NCBI GenBank assembly: GCA_976226885.1
Contig: OZ320314.1
Location: 95,046,001 to 95,110,000, forward strand
Direction: 5' to 3'
Source: Iphione sp. A-MEVVRFRX5
Taxonomy: Eukaryota
DNA: 64,000 bases
In this document: positions 47,501 to 61,750 of the stretch, in pieces
How positions within the stretch are numbered: position 1 is the first letter of the stretch
Layout: each line of letters starts with the position of its first letter
Translations under genes and position numbers: made by a program
The notes under the pieces: model-generated
Seen by the model: only the letters and a program-made list of their open reading frames with translations
What the model was told of the DNA's origin: nothing
Databases searched by the model: none

Positions 47501-50399
47501 CACATTGAACTCTTCTCAGGTGTGTGTATAAAAGAGTGAGAGATAAAACTCAGTGGCTGTCTTTATTTTATCAGCTAATGTTTTACAGGTGATAACTTCA
47601 GTTCTAGTCTAGGTAAAGACGTGTGCTTAGTATCAATAGAAAGCCCTGAACGAGGCCTTTCTACTGAGCTATCATATATCACCTCCTATATATATTATGT
47701 AGGCCAGCAGCTGATTTAAACTAAACCTTTGAAATATCTCTCTTTTCTTTCTTTCAATCAATCAATATATATATGCTCTTTCACAAAATGGTTGTCACAT
47801 GGAGGCTGTGATTTGTTTTCTCCTCAGTGAACCCAGAAGGAGGGGTTGGGTGGGTGAGGGACTATTTAGAAGAGCCAAGATATGCAGGGAACAAGCTCGT
47901 GTACATAAATGATACAGGCGACAAATACACTTAGTGTGGCCCCTATCCTAGGATCCAGATCATGCAGATCGAGAATTCAGGCTGGAGATGGATCGAAGTG
48001 AGGTCAGAAAGGAAGCTGAAGTAGATTTGGTTGTATATAAACCATTGTCTCATGCATGGAAAATTATCAGCCATGAGGGACCAAATGTGACATGCAGTGG
48101 TTCAAAAGGGACTGGAAGAGTCCCTTAGTGTAAATGAACCTACAAAAGACTTTCCAAATGTAAGAGGCAGGTGCAACCTAGGACTGATTTCTTCTTCAAG
48201 AGAGTATGAAATATTTGAATGAGATTGTACACCATATATATCACCCATAATTATCATAAATATATGCATATGTATTTACGTATGGAAAATCTTTATAAAA
48301 AAGACGTCAGATAAACCTTTCTGATTAAATATCTTGCTATCTCTCATCTCTATTACCACTACCCTGACAAACGTATGTGGAAATATCAGTTTACTGGATG
48401 TAAAAGAACACATTTACAGCAGCATGCCCTGAACTCACACTAGGAGGTGCATGTGTAATCACACCCACCTCCAATTAGTCCTCTTTGTTAATGGTCAGCG
48501 TCACCCTGGAGCCACTGACGACTGCAAAAGAGCTATGGTTTCGACAGCACATGATTTCATTTTTCATTTTCATGACTAGCCAAACGCCAATCCCCCTAAC
48601 CCTTACTTGCCCTGACATTCAAGACAGCTGTGCCCTCCAGCTACCGCTAGCTGCTCTCCATTCTACCAAATACCATTGGTGTATGGGTCTTAAGCTTCTG
48701 CGATAAAGTCTATAAGATCGAAAAAACTAAAGGAAAATTCGTTGTGCACACAGCTTGTCACTGATGTAAAACAGATATTAATTTATCTGCTTATTTTGAG
48801 AGTGTCGTAAAGAACCATCCTTAAATGGTTTCTCTTCTACTTACGTTATCTTTTGTTAATAATTGAATCAAGAGGAACAGTCAGTGAATTATTTCAATAG
48901 AATATGAGCACCTTTAAACATGTGTATTATGCAGTTAACTCTCTCTCTTCCTCTGTCTCTGTCTCTCTTTCTCTGCATCTCTATCTCTGTCTCTTTCTCT
49001 GTATTGTGACTTGTCTCTCTCATTCATGTATCTTTGAAATCTGGAGGAAATATTTAGATAACTATGCTCAAGTTCAACCCACAGCATAGATATTCACGTG
49101 TGAGAGGAAACACCAGACTAAACCTTAAACAGCGCTGGTTCCTTCTATATAATGTCAGTAAAGTATCGGCTTCGTTTCAGGGTACTTTTGTTTGTGTACC
49201 AAGTGAGCATACCGCTCCCACATGGTAACTTCGTGTACCAAAAACTATTTAGGTCAGGGTTTCACGAAAGTTTGCCAACCCAACAGTCTGCCATCCAGCG
49301 GTGCTTTTGGATGGTTTCCTTCTGTTCTCATATCTACACACATGCAAATAAGGTTTAAAGAGGGCTAAAGCGTGGTCCGCTCTGAGGTCGCGTTCCTGTG
49401 CATAGCATTCCTGCTGCTCCTCTACACAACAAAGGATCTGCAGATAGATGAAGGCGGACAGTTAGGATGCCCAAGAACGTTTTTGTGTGTGTGGTTCGGC
49501 AGTGCTTTTTTGATGACTACAGTTTAGTCTCGTGACACACCACCACTCCTGTGTTTCTTACAGTCGTTCGCTTAGACGAAGACCTCCAACAGCTGCTTGC
49601 CGGTGACGTTAAAAACGTCCACTGTGACTATATACAACTGTAGGCGGTCCTGTGACAATGTAGGCACTCGACAGCCTCCTTAGCAACGTCCCCATCGCGT
49701 TGCAGGTGTCCCTTGATGCATTGCGTGTGGCCATCTTGCTGACGTTAGCGAGCACATTCCCCAGAAGCTCTATAATTGTGATGAAGGGAAATGGTGTGGG
49801 ACTTAGCATGCTTTCGTTGAGCGCAAACACAGCACATCTCAATGGTAATTAAAGGAGAATTCGACCCCTCTACATTTAGGCGTGGACATTTACGAGAAGA
49901 AAAGGATATTGATGCCATGAGGTATCCAGTTTTAAATCAAGGTGATGAGACGTTTACGCAAGCGTCTTAATCACTTTGATGATAGTTTTTGACATTAAGA
50001 GATACTACAAGTCTCCTGGATCTCAGAATCCAACGGAGTGTATCAGTTTATTGAATCACCGGGACCCTTTATAGGGAAATATAACATACCACATTCTATG
50101 TAAATGCAATCTTTCAAGTCGTCTGCCCAGTACGTGCACATACATTTATGTTTGAGGGGCCAATCACCTCCAGCCGAAGGGTAATTCTATGTGAGCCTCA
50201 TTCTCTCCCATTAAACTGATTCTCCGGCGTTTGTCTTGTCCATGCTCAGGAGAAGCCCCGCACCGATATAAACCCTTTCCCCTTTCCAGCTCTGACCAAG
50301 GTCTCCCCCCCCCCCCCTTGTTCAACCCAGGGGAAGAAGTAACAGAATAAAGAATGCCGAGGAGAACCAAATTTCAGCTGGGACCATAAAACTACATTA

Positions 50400-51700
50400 C
50401 GTCGACTTGCTTTCTGGACAGCGGCCGATCTTTTATCCGCGACAGCCGCATGTGATCCCGCGGCGAGCGGTCCGTAGGTGCGGAGGCGTGCGGGCCATAA
50501 GTCATACACTTTATCACATTTTCCTCTATATTAATCCCGACCGCGGCCCGCCGCGCCTGTTTCCATGTATCACGTCGCCCGCGAGGACTGGGATGGAGGG
50601 CAGCTCTAGCGGGTGGCGATGGGGATATGGGGCTGAGGGGTTTGGGGGGAGGGGGGCGAGGGGAGAAAGCGGGGAAAGGTCTCAGCCGCGCCTTCAGGAG
50701 TGCATGCCGGGGGTGGGCGGGGTGTTCCCCCCAATCAAGTCAGACACGCAAGAAAGAAACGATTCCAGCTTCGCTCACCTGTAAGACGGTGGCCTCTGTT
50801 GCTCGATTGCTGGAGCATCGGGAGGAGGGGATATTACATCGGTTTACTGCTCATTTTTTCATAAGATACTTTTTATTTGATGGACTGACTGAGATGATTG
50901 CGCGTGCATGTTCATTTATTTTTCCAATAATATTTTTTTATTGCATTTCGCATCTCTTGTGGCCCCTTCGAATTTGACATTTGACATATGAATGATATAC
51001 ACATATATTGTTACGTCCTCGGAATGTCGACTCGTGTGCCATCCCTAATAAGATATCTGGGTGTGAAGGTCCACTATATCGTAAGTGTACCTAGTGGCCT
51101 CATAATGCCGCCAAGGAAAGTGGTTGTTGCTCATAATTTGCGTGGTCAGTCTCCATGGTGTTGGACGTACTTTTGAACTCAGTTGCGGCGATCAGCATCT
51201 CGTCCGTGCGTTTCCGGCCTTGCGCCCTGGTATTTGACCTACACGCGGGTACTAGCGAGGATCACATGAGCACATGCGCGACGTGCTCACCTGTCCAGCT
51301 CACCCCGAGCTGCTGCTCATCTGCTCGCCGGGGGGTCGGATTACTCCAGACATGGACATTTATCAGAATGGTGGCCTCCAGTCACCAGCCTGCAAGGTTC
51401 CCGCCGCCCCCTCTAGCTCCTCACCTATACTCCTTAAAGGATAAACCCCAAGCACTGACTTGCTCACTGCTCCGTATTCCCTGGGCCCATCCCACGCCCT
51501 GCGTGAGTTGCTCTCTGCAGACCAGGCGAGTTGCTCGGCCTGATGGCCTCCCGCCGGACCTGACCAGACGGGAGCGGCAGGGTTCACTGCCGCCCGTCAT
51601 CCGCTGCTTGCCTTCCAGCAGCTCGGGGGCGTTTCTTTCGATAGAGCGATGACGTTGTTGCCAAAAATCTGGAGATATTTCTTTTTAAGATCTTTGTTGC
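50400..51700. promoter_or_regulatory. CpG/GC-rich promoter- or first-exon-like region of an unidentified gene
   Basis: Marked CpG enrichment relative to flanks. Strong minus-strand donor-like sites CAG|GTGAGC (51291/51290) and TAG|GTGAGG (about 51425). No recognisable protein. Confidence 0.35.
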
Positions 51701-54700
51701 CCAGCTATTGGTAGTGGTAAACATACAGACTTGGGGGCTATACCGACACATTCTGAAATTTTTTGTTTCAGGCACACACATGGATGTTATACACCTATTA
51801 ACATTCCCACGTGTTCATATTATTAACATACTATGGATAGAAAGTAACGTGGAAGCATCCACTCCTATTATACCACAACATCTGAAAATGAATAAATAAC
51901 CACGGGTCACCATTGTTTATTATGCACATTTATTTTTTAACGCTGAATCTGCAGACAGTGCTTTAGCAGAAAGTAGCCCATTTTGTGACCAGAATAAACC
52001 GATAAAAACTCAGATAAACAGATAAAAATACGTGCCCGTGTACTATTTTTAAGGCCCACCAATGATAAATGCTCATAAAAAACGAAATTCTAACAGAAAA
52101 GAAAATCATTTACCTCGGGCTCCATGTACAATATATACACGCAGCGAATTACCGAGGGTTTCAGTGAGGTCACGCGCAGGGAATTATAATATGCTGGCAC
52201 CATCTTAGTAGCACGATCTCCAGACACAGGATATTTTTCCCCTCTTCCTGGCTTTTCGCTCTTTCAGAAATGGGAATGACAAAACCGTTAGATATCCCAG
52301 CGAAATGTAATCGCTTATGACTTAGGGTAATATGTTATTTCTCTGACCACATGCTATAGCGTCGCGCGATACGTGGCATCGGGCTCTGTCTGTCATTGCA
52401 CCGGCCGCCAGGGGCTCCCCCCGACTACACCTACTGCTAAATAGACAATGACAGAAAGAAAGCCACGCCGTTGCCGAGCAATACTTTTTCCCTGGCTTCT
52501 GCGTGCAGTCAGCCTAAATGGGCGACGATACCTTCACCATCTACCGACCTCATTCATCACGCAGGTTGTTGACAACATAATTATCAAACATCAGTACCGC
52601 ATTTCTGCGGCAGGTAGGTGGTTTGGGTGGGGTGGGGTGGGGGGTTACTGCCTTGCATAGACATTACCCAAATGCATCATACTGTTTATCGTTCAGGAGG
52701 AACGTGCATACTTTTTCCTCATCTATTTGTCCTGGTCAATTATACGCTTCATAACCATACATAAGAACAACTAGTTACCACTTTGCACATGCTTTCTGAC
52801 CATGATGTAAATCCCGCGTGTTTCTCCAGGAACCCTCGAGGCTGCCGGGTATTTGGGATACTCCCAGGTCATTTACAGGGGCTTTACGGTAGAGTCAGAC
52901 CCACAAACAAATGGCCAACGATTTATTATCCTTCGCTTGGATTGCATACGGGAAGCAGAGGCCGCCAACGATACATAAACAGCTGGAGCATGGTTGCGAA
53001 TCCAGCAATATTTATAGATACATACGCCTGTTATTCCAGTGTTAGCCGAAGTGCAGACAGTCTAGCAGTTCCTCCCTCCTCCTCAACTTATACATCACCA
53101 GGAACTGATACGTGTAGCACAGTGCACGAAGACCGACAGTCTTGGTGATGATATCTAAGTTATAAGACGAAATGAAGCGTTTAAATTAGGATGACCCATA
53201 TATACATGCATAAAGACACCACTCATTTTCATCGTGTTTTACGTCCTACAGTACAAAATGCTGAGGATATTTTGGAGGGGCCTGGGTATGTCATCACTTA
53301 CAAGATGTTGGTTTTTCATAAGTGGCTTCAAACAACACCAGGGCGGGACCCAACCAGCCAGAAAGTGAACCGCTCAAGGATGACACCAGACTGAGCTACT
53401 AGAGCTGTATTTATGGACTCTGGATGGAGAATACGTTCTGCCTAGGGCATACAGCAGTATAGCTAGGACGACTGAATACCCTGCCATAGATCAACTAGAT
53501 GGGTGTACTTTCAACGAGAAAATCGACCCGATATTCGAAGAAGCGACCGCCAACATGCCGGGCGTATGTCAGATTCGCAAAGTTATACAAATCGATTTAC
53601 TTTGGGTAATAGAGTGATTCAGACCCTTGCTGCTAGGACATGCTTAAATGTATGGCTATTGTTCTCTAGTTGTTGAAAAGGCTACACCGAAAGAAAATAC
53701 GATTATTGCTATCGCTTCTATTTTCCTCACAATAGTAATTTTTTCTGTTCAAAGGGGAGTGAAAAGGATACGAGAATACCACACATATTATGAACGCATT
53801 GCGAATTCATATTTTCTTGTTCAGCCCGTCTGCATTTGAAAACTGCATACTAAACATTCGATTTGAGATATCCACCATCCATTCCCCCATCAGCCGGTGC
53901 TACTGTATTCTAACGACTGCAAGCAAATGTTGTCAATGTCCCTGTGTCATCGATTCCATGTGTTATTAAGTCTTATGAGCAACGGCATAGAATATCAGTT
54001 CGATTTTAGTGCCCTGTTATCGTATCAAGCGTAGAGCTGAGTGTTACTGAATGCGATCTACGTAGCGAGATTTACTGATTTGAGATCATAAAAGGACCGT
54101 TAGGGTCCCCTGATGAACTGACCGCAACAAGCAGACTGCAATGACCCGCTATTGTATTTCTGATTCATACACTTCATTCTGGAGGACAGTACGTGGCCTC
54201 AGACCGAAGCGGGCATATTGCGACCCTCTCTGCCAATATGGAGGCCACAGCCCGCCCCGCGAGCAAAAACACCCGGAAGCTCAGCGAGCGACGGGATATG
54301 GTCTGAATGGACGGCAATAGGTGAACAGTAATGGGCGACAGTAAGATTGGGCAGGCCAAGTGTGGGTATAGAGGACCAAGAATAGCTAGGTTATGGCCAC
54401 AGTCCTTTGCGTTATCGGCTTGCCATGCATAGTCATAGAGGAAAAAGCCAAGAGTTAGACGATTGTTGGTGGGCTGCTTCGGATGGGCTGGCACTGGGTT
54501 AGGACATCATAGAGCATAGCCGTAATAGGATGCGCAACTGACTGTTGGCAGGCAAATGGTAGAGATTCATTTGGCGGAGCGCCACAAGCTGGATTATTAA
54601 GATGAGCAGTTTGAACGTATACAGACTGCAACACCAAAAAACGGGGAAAAATGACAGTGGGTCGAACCGCTGTGGCTTGGAGATGACAGTGTGGCAGATG

Positions 54701-55973
54701 TCCAGTTCATTTAGATTTCTTTTAATTTTCTCTCTGATTGTCTGATTTCATATTTATAGGGGATGTTAAGGGGCCAGCGATAATCACAGGGGTCCTAGTG
54801 ATCTATAGATTTACTATAATCGCCGACTAATTGGAATAGAGACTGAGAAGGGAGGAATTCATACATTTAACAGATGAGTTAACGCTTTGTCAATCCTTGC
54901 AGAATGACGAGGACTTTCGCATCGTCCCCTCATTGGTACAAACTCTCCTTCTTGAAAGTCTCTCTAACTTGGGTCTTGTTGACGGCCATGTATCATGGCT
55001 GACTAGGGAGAGGGAGTCTATCTCCTGGACAGACTCGCAAGGATGAATCACCCTCAGGTGGACTTCCGATATGATGGTTGTTTCTTGTGGGTCGCACAGA
55101 AACCGCTCCCCCCCCCTCCCCCCCCCACCGTCAACTTCCCCCACCCCAACTCCTTGTAGGTAGCAGGCTGCTTTTCATCAATACTAAAAGGCTGTATGGA
55201 TTTTGTGACAGCGTGAAAAATGCTCGCCTGCGCTGAGCTCTGATGATGATTGCCACCGTCATACGGCGTCGCAATCCCTCGCAACGGGACCAAAAGAAAT
55301 GAGAAATCATACTATTGGACGGACTCAGCCTGCCGACGATCGCTTTGTGATTTCCGCTACGACCGCCATGGTCGGCGTCAATTTGGCAGCTGAATTATAT
55401 CGGCTGTCTGGAACCTGCCAACGATAGAAGAAGCAGGATGCACAAATTGCTCAACATTTTATCTTTAAATGGGAAGATTTTCTCTTGAGCACTAAATGAA
55501 AATTCGAATATAATTTCATGCTTTATTTTCTATTAGCCGCATGGATACAAAAACACGAAGCTCAATTTAATCAATCCAGAGGAGCCGTTGCTACCATACT
55601 CGCCCCGTTCTTAGTCAAGTCTAATTAATCGGGTTTTCGATGTTATTTATTTCAGTTAAACAAGATACAGTCTAAATATTAAAAGTGTAATATCTAAACG
55701 TGTCTTTCGGAGCATATTGCAGGCTACGTAAGATTGATCGGCCAGTTCCTTATTTCCTATCTACCTCCAGTATCTCTCGGCGGCCACTGTCCTTGGCTTT
55801 GCACAAGATTAATTATATAGGCTAATGAGAACGGTACTCGCTGGACCTCTATTATAAAAAACACCATCGAGCAATTCTGCTATTTACATTCAGATTGCTT
55901 TATTACATTACTGGCGCCTGCCTCTAGGACGCTATCATTATCCTCTCTCCTGGCCCCACATGCACGTTCTCTT

Positions 55974-56005
55974 TGTGTGTGTGTGGGTGTGTGTGTGTGT
56001 GTGTG
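55974..56005. repeat. (GT)n microsatellite
   Basis: About 15 GT units with one interruption. Confidence 0.95.
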
Positions 56006-56699
56006 ACTTTTCCAACCCGTTCTACCATCACCACAAGGTAGTGATAATCACGCACTAAACGGACGCCATACCCACACCCCTCTGCTGTTAACCAGACCAC
56101 CCTCTCCTCGCGCTGAAAGGTCACGGAGACTTAACTATTTAATGGGCGATAATAGGGGCCGACTCTCATTTTCATGCCTGCTGCTCAGTTTAAAAATAGT
56201 CGAGCACGCTTGGGTCCCTATCAGCAGTTGTGATAAGCGCCTCGAGTCATGGATCCACGGCGGTATGATTGCATATGGCATCATCACAGATTAAGAGAAA
56301 ACCACAGGGTTTGGTCGGGAACGAAGAGGGATGCTACAAATACTTGCCCACGTTCGCCCCTGCCCCCTAAAAATAAAAGTGAAACAAACAAACCTCAAAG
56401 GCCATTTGTCATGATCGATATATTATCGATTTTAAAACGTAGATAGAGTGGAGGGAAGGAGGGAAATGATGGTACTGCAGAGAGGCGTACTTCAGGATGG
56501 CTCCAGTAGTCTGAAGGGACAGGTCCAGAGCCGATGCCAGGTGGGAATGACAAGATTAATGTGCCTGCAAGAAGCGCTACTTCAACCCTGCAGGCAAAAG
56601 CTAACCCCATCCACCCATTTATCTGAAGCCTCTTCATGTTATTCACTAACTCCGTGAAACCTATCCTGACCTGTTCGCTGACATGCAGCTAATGCTCCT

Positions 56700-57130
56700 G
56701 AGCATTCAGCCTAACGGCCATGCCGAGGGGTCGGGGAGGGGGACGGGGAGGTGAAAAACACTTCAAATGGTTCGGCAAACAAAGAGCTCGCGCAAAAGCA
56801 ATGGTAGAAAAAGACCGCCATGTTGAATCTCGCGGCTGGGGAAATAAACAGACGCGAAGTGCCACGCTCGACAGGTGTAAGAAGGTGGCTTCTAGGCGCG
56901 CTGCGAGGTCGGGCTTGAGGGGTAGAAGGGCGCGTCGCGCAGGCAGGAAGTGGGCTGGATTTGGGACGGAGGGTGCCGCACGTGCTTGCCGTGGCTTCGT
57001 CAAACAAATGCCCGCTGCTGCAGGAGACTAGTGCAACCATGTTATACTGGCTTCCCGCGCAGCAGCCATCATCGCAGCGGTGGCCCGATAGAGGCGCCGT
57101 CATATGACGAGTGCGAGACAGATGGGTGAT
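56700..57130. promoter_or_regulatory. CpG-rich promoter-like patch with YY1-like motif
   Basis: Dense CGCG/CpG; CCGCCATGTT (YY1-like CCGCCATNTT) at about 56816-56825. Confidence 0.35.
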
Positions 57131-57476
57131 AAGGATGAAAAAGCGAAAATTATTGGAGGAAAAAATGGGAAACGGGTATAGTATATGAAGAACTCCGGTG
57201 TTAAAGAGAAGGAAGGAAATACACCCGAAAAAAAACAAAGGAAAATAATGAAAAGAGGGCTTTATGGGACGAGTCATTGAAAGAGAATGATGCGTTGGCA
57301 TCTAATGAATGGATGAACGCAACAGAGTCTATCATCTCAGATATTAGTGTGGAGAAAATATCACAGATAACATATGCGCGTTTATCTTTCATCTTTCAGA
57401 CATAACAGACTGCTTCCCGACAAAACGTACGACAGCTTAGTAAAGTGATGGTTCTTGAAAGTTAAAGTTATCATAG

Positions 57477-57820
57477 GGCCCTCCCAAAAATATGTGTGTT
57501 TCTGGTTGCGATCAGCCAAAAACCTAGGTAGGGAGGGGGCGGGGAATCTCTTTTTTTAAGTTTTTACTTCCTTGCTCTGGCCCAGTTTCGGTGAAATTGT
57601 TTTCTTCCATTTTTTGCCAATGTTCACAAGTTTGGTTTTGGGGGACTGAATTTGCATGGATATCGTTGTGTTTCTGCTGAATTTCCAAAAACAAATGTTG
57701 TGAAAATATTTCTAAAGAAATTCAGTCTTGGGAACTCTTTGATGCAAAAGAAAATGTTAGGTAGGGTGAGGTTTTACTAGGAGGAGGGGGCGACCAGAAA
57801 CACGCGTATTTTGGGGGGCC
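57477..57820. mobile_element. 344-bp MITE with GGCC termini and 3-bp TSD (PIF/Harbinger- or Zator-like)
   Basis: TAG|GGCCCTCCCAAAAATATGTGTGTTTCTGGTTGC ... GCGACCAGAAACACGCGTATTTTGGGGGGCC|TAG: about 30-bp imperfect TIR and direct TAG duplication. Confidence 0.8.
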
Positions 57821-60800
57821 TAGACAATTCGTTCGTGGCTTTCTCAATTTCGATTCCTTTCTCTTACAAAATCAGTCAACTATACACCTACTACGAAGAG
57901 TGTATTGAAATTATGATAAATAACGAGGACGTGTAAATCTGCCCAGCATACATGTGTGCTACAAAATGTCTGGCATGTTGCCTCGTCCGTCACGTCACGA
58001 AGCTCTCACTTAGAAAATAGTGCACGCCAAGTGCTCCCAGGTAGAATTACTTCTCCTCGTCTTCCTGCGAAAGGTCCACACCCGCACTCACATCCCCACC
58101 CCCCATCAAGGAGAAGCTATCTAATAACGCGCGACAAATAAGATCCACGTGGGAAGCTGAGCGTCAACCGAGCGTGACCTTGCCTCTGCAATTACGGCCA
58201 ATACACATCTGCATCGAGGTGACGCATGACTGGCCATCGGCTGACGGGTGGGATATTGCTAAACACCAAGGGGTATATGACAGAGTTGCAGGGGGATAAG
58301 TGAAAGGGTGGGGCACAGTGGTTAGGTGAATGGAATAGCACGGCCTATCGGGCAGAGTGGCAAGATGAACCTGGCAGCATATCCATGGGACGAGCGACTT
58401 GGGGCCGACTGCTTTGCTGAATCTGATGAGAGATGTCTCATCCCAAGGCTATTGATAATGCAAGTCAATACGATTGCTTCCTGCAGACGCAAAAGGTGTT
58501 GACGGTAATTGTGTGCGCGAGTATTTAAGTGGCTGCGTGATATGAGGAACAACTTTTGTCTCTAACAGTATCCATTCTCTAGTACCAAGTATTGATGGAC
58601 GTAAATGAGAACGAGACTTTTCGTTGGACTTTGTTTTGTGATTAACTAAATCACAAATTTGATATTGATACGTAGTAAACTTCAAACGGATATGTAATTC
58701 GTGATGAAGCACATTTCGTGGTATGTGTAGAACTAATACAGATCGATTATCTCTACAGGGGTCCAATAGTAAATACTACTTCATTTGTTCGTTAAAAAAA
58801 GGAAGTCAATGATAATTTCTCAGATCCCTTTGATATTACTTCTTCGACTCCTGTTCTGACTTTCTGATTTCGATCTAAGCATAATCCAATTATCTTAACA
58901 GATTCCCTAGTTTTGGTTCCGTGTGGCTTCCTACAGAGTGATAGGTTTGGAAAAAATATTATGAACCGCAATGCTGATAATGATTTAATTTTCTCGCGTC
59001 GGAAAGAATTTGTTTCGGCTTCGAAAATGATTTCAAATCATTAAGTCCATATATTCTTTATACCATTGTGAATTTGTTCCATGTTATTGATAGAACGTTC
59101 TGAAATACCAGCCTCGGCAGCACAATGCCTCTCACTGAAACGTCGTATACACTCACTCTTATCCTACCACAATACACATACCTGACATCTCATTGTACTC
59201 AAACATAAGCTATTCTATTCAGAACTGTCCATTCCAATCACCTTACTGTACTCCACACCACAGCAAGCTGTCGTATTGCGTAGACCTTTCTCCTCATTGC
59301 CCATGACCTGCCACTTCAGTTCACACCGTCCGATTCTCCCTCGTCTCCTATACAGTGGCAGAGCAAACTAAGCCCAAGTCAACCCAAACCTATCTACGCC
59401 TGTTCTACTAAGCAGAATTACCCATTTTTATATAAAGTATTCCCAGTTCATTACACGTACTGTATGGAACATTCTGATGAAGCATGATTCCTTATTATAC
59501 GCACGAAATTCATGGAATTACATACACTGTATTTCGAAGATGCCGTTCCTACCACAGACAGAACTTCGCCAGTTGCCCTTGTAACCTTTTATGTGAAAGA
59601 GCAGCAAACTCACCTCGGGTTTGTCATTAATTTTTTGTTACTCACGATAAACATGTATGAGATGATGGAAACATGGTAATGTACATGTATGCGTTTGGCA
59701 TCTGTCGGTGCAGAAAGATTGAGCAACTTCCAATTTTTACCATAATCATATGGATTTTTTGTCAGTTTATAAGTATGAACATGGTTTAATCATCCTTTCT
59801 GCATTGACTTCATAACATCGCCTATCTGGACCTTCACATAACATGTTTCTGTCATGAGATCAGTACACAAGCGGAGTTGAATTAGTGTTATATTAGTATT
59901 GTACGTCTACGGCTTCTACTAATCCGCCTTTTGATATGAATTATTTCATTTTCAAGGGGAATAAGGGAGATATTCCTTGGATTGGCCTGGTAACCAAAGA
60001 CACTCAGTCCCAGGCAATCATGTTTTTGGTGAGGAGGCCCATCATAAGAACCCATCCTTATTTGCTTAGGGGACTTCAGCTCGGAGGAACGGAATTCTAA
60101 GCAGCCACAGCTGTATCAAGACCCGTAGTAGTGTTCCGTCAACTTGGTTTTTGTTAAAGTATCACAGCACCGAGCTTGACGCCGGTCTAGGTATATCAAA
60201 ATGTTCTCTCCGCTTTCGTACGGCCGTTCAAGTGCTCATTTCAGTTAGTTTTCTTTCTTTAAAAAAAGGGATTTTTAAAACGGTTTCTTTTACAGGTCGT
60301 GCAACAAATTCACAAGTGCAGGTTGATTTTGGCATATGTATACACTTGTCCTCCCTTAGCCGGAAATTGTCCACATCTGCTTCGGGAAAACAAAAGTAAT
60401 GTTCTACCTTTCTTCCTTTGTAGATAAAGAGAAAGACAGGTGAACAGACTGCTACGATAGGAGGAAATTTACCCAGTATCATACCACCTTTTATAACTGA
60501 GAGAAGTGATCAACCATACTAACATAAATTTCAGACCCATATTGATAAACATTCAACGATTACATGTCAACTGAAAGAGATGGTAACGTGCAAGTGTTCT
60601 CTTGCCATACAATATATATTTCCTTGAACTTCAGTGGTTCTATTATGATATCTCACGGCTACCTCAAACTATTTCCATCTTTTTCTGCTCTCTGGAACGC
60701 CGTTATCTTCATGATTTCTTCTCAACAGGACCCTATCCCGTAATATCCATCCCCCCTCCCGCTGCTTAACGTTACATCCTCCATACCTTTTGTTCCTCGA

Positions 60801-60839
60801 TCTGGTCTCCATCCAGACCAGCCACCATTGCCCCCGCGC

Positions 60840-61750
60840 CGTCCTAACACCTATGCGTCATCAATCTCCCACCACGTCTCCCCTCCAGTTGGACGCTAGC
60901 TGCTGAGCACCAGCTGGTTGCAAACTCACTGTGTTTTCTCCCTTCTTCCTCCAGGACCAGCAGACAGCTCCCGACATCTCCTCCGGGGCGGACGTGCTGA
61001 AGACCTGGCCGGGGAGAAGGGGAGTGTTCTCCCGCTGGTCGGAGGTGGGAGCGCTGGAGGCTCCCGCTGATTGAGCGCCTCATGCTAAATGCTCGACCGA
61101 CGGATGCAAACTTTCTGGCGTGGCTCGCGCCACTCTGTTGGGAGTGAACCGACAAGCTGGCAAAAAGCAACGACGACGCCAGAGGTGAACGCACGGCCCG
61201 GTGGGAAGGCGGCAGTCACACGCTGATCGCGGGGATATATACTTTAAGACGGGTTGCGCTGGCTATAGTAAACACAGCCCATCTCAGAACATCGTCCCCC
61301 TTCGTTGGGTTATTGTTGTAAGTGGAGTGTGGAGAGATATTTCAGAGCGGCCCGATGAGATCCTCCGCCGTGCGTTCTGGCTCTATTGCATTAGAGCCCA
61401 AACGGAGTTGTTAACGCCATTCGCTTCGTTCGGCGCCCGGTTCGGCAGATGACGAGAGTGCTTTGACGCTGGAGTGCTAGCTGATGGTAACATCGAGTGG
61501 GATCCAAATCGGCTGGCAGAGGCTTGCGGCGTGCACAGTACCGAGGACAAAGGCAAACAACACCGCCCTGGACACACATTTACTTTGACACGCGAGCACA
61601 ACGCCGGCGGTTACACTCCGGTTTTCACAAGCTGATCAGAACCACCTCCCCAAGACGCACAGCCCACACAGACAATTACACTGTAGACGCATCCCTTGTC
61701 CCGGACTGCTTCCGCTCGCTGCGCAACTAACAACGCCTCCGCTGAGAATA
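60840..61750. promoter_or_regulatory. CpG-rich region with a candidate plus-strand exon (60955-61044)
   Basis: High CpG. Polypyrimidine acceptor TTTTCTCCCTTCTTCCTCCAG| then 90 nt (DQQTAPDISSGADVLKTWPGRRGVFSRWSE) and a weak donor GTGGGA. Product unknown. Confidence 0.3.

Noticed and set aside
52920-52952. DLLSFAWIAYG, resembling the tyrosine-kinase 'DLLSFAWQIA.G' segment
   Set aside because: No following HRDLAARN or DFG motifs and nearby stops; probably chance or unrecoverable decay.
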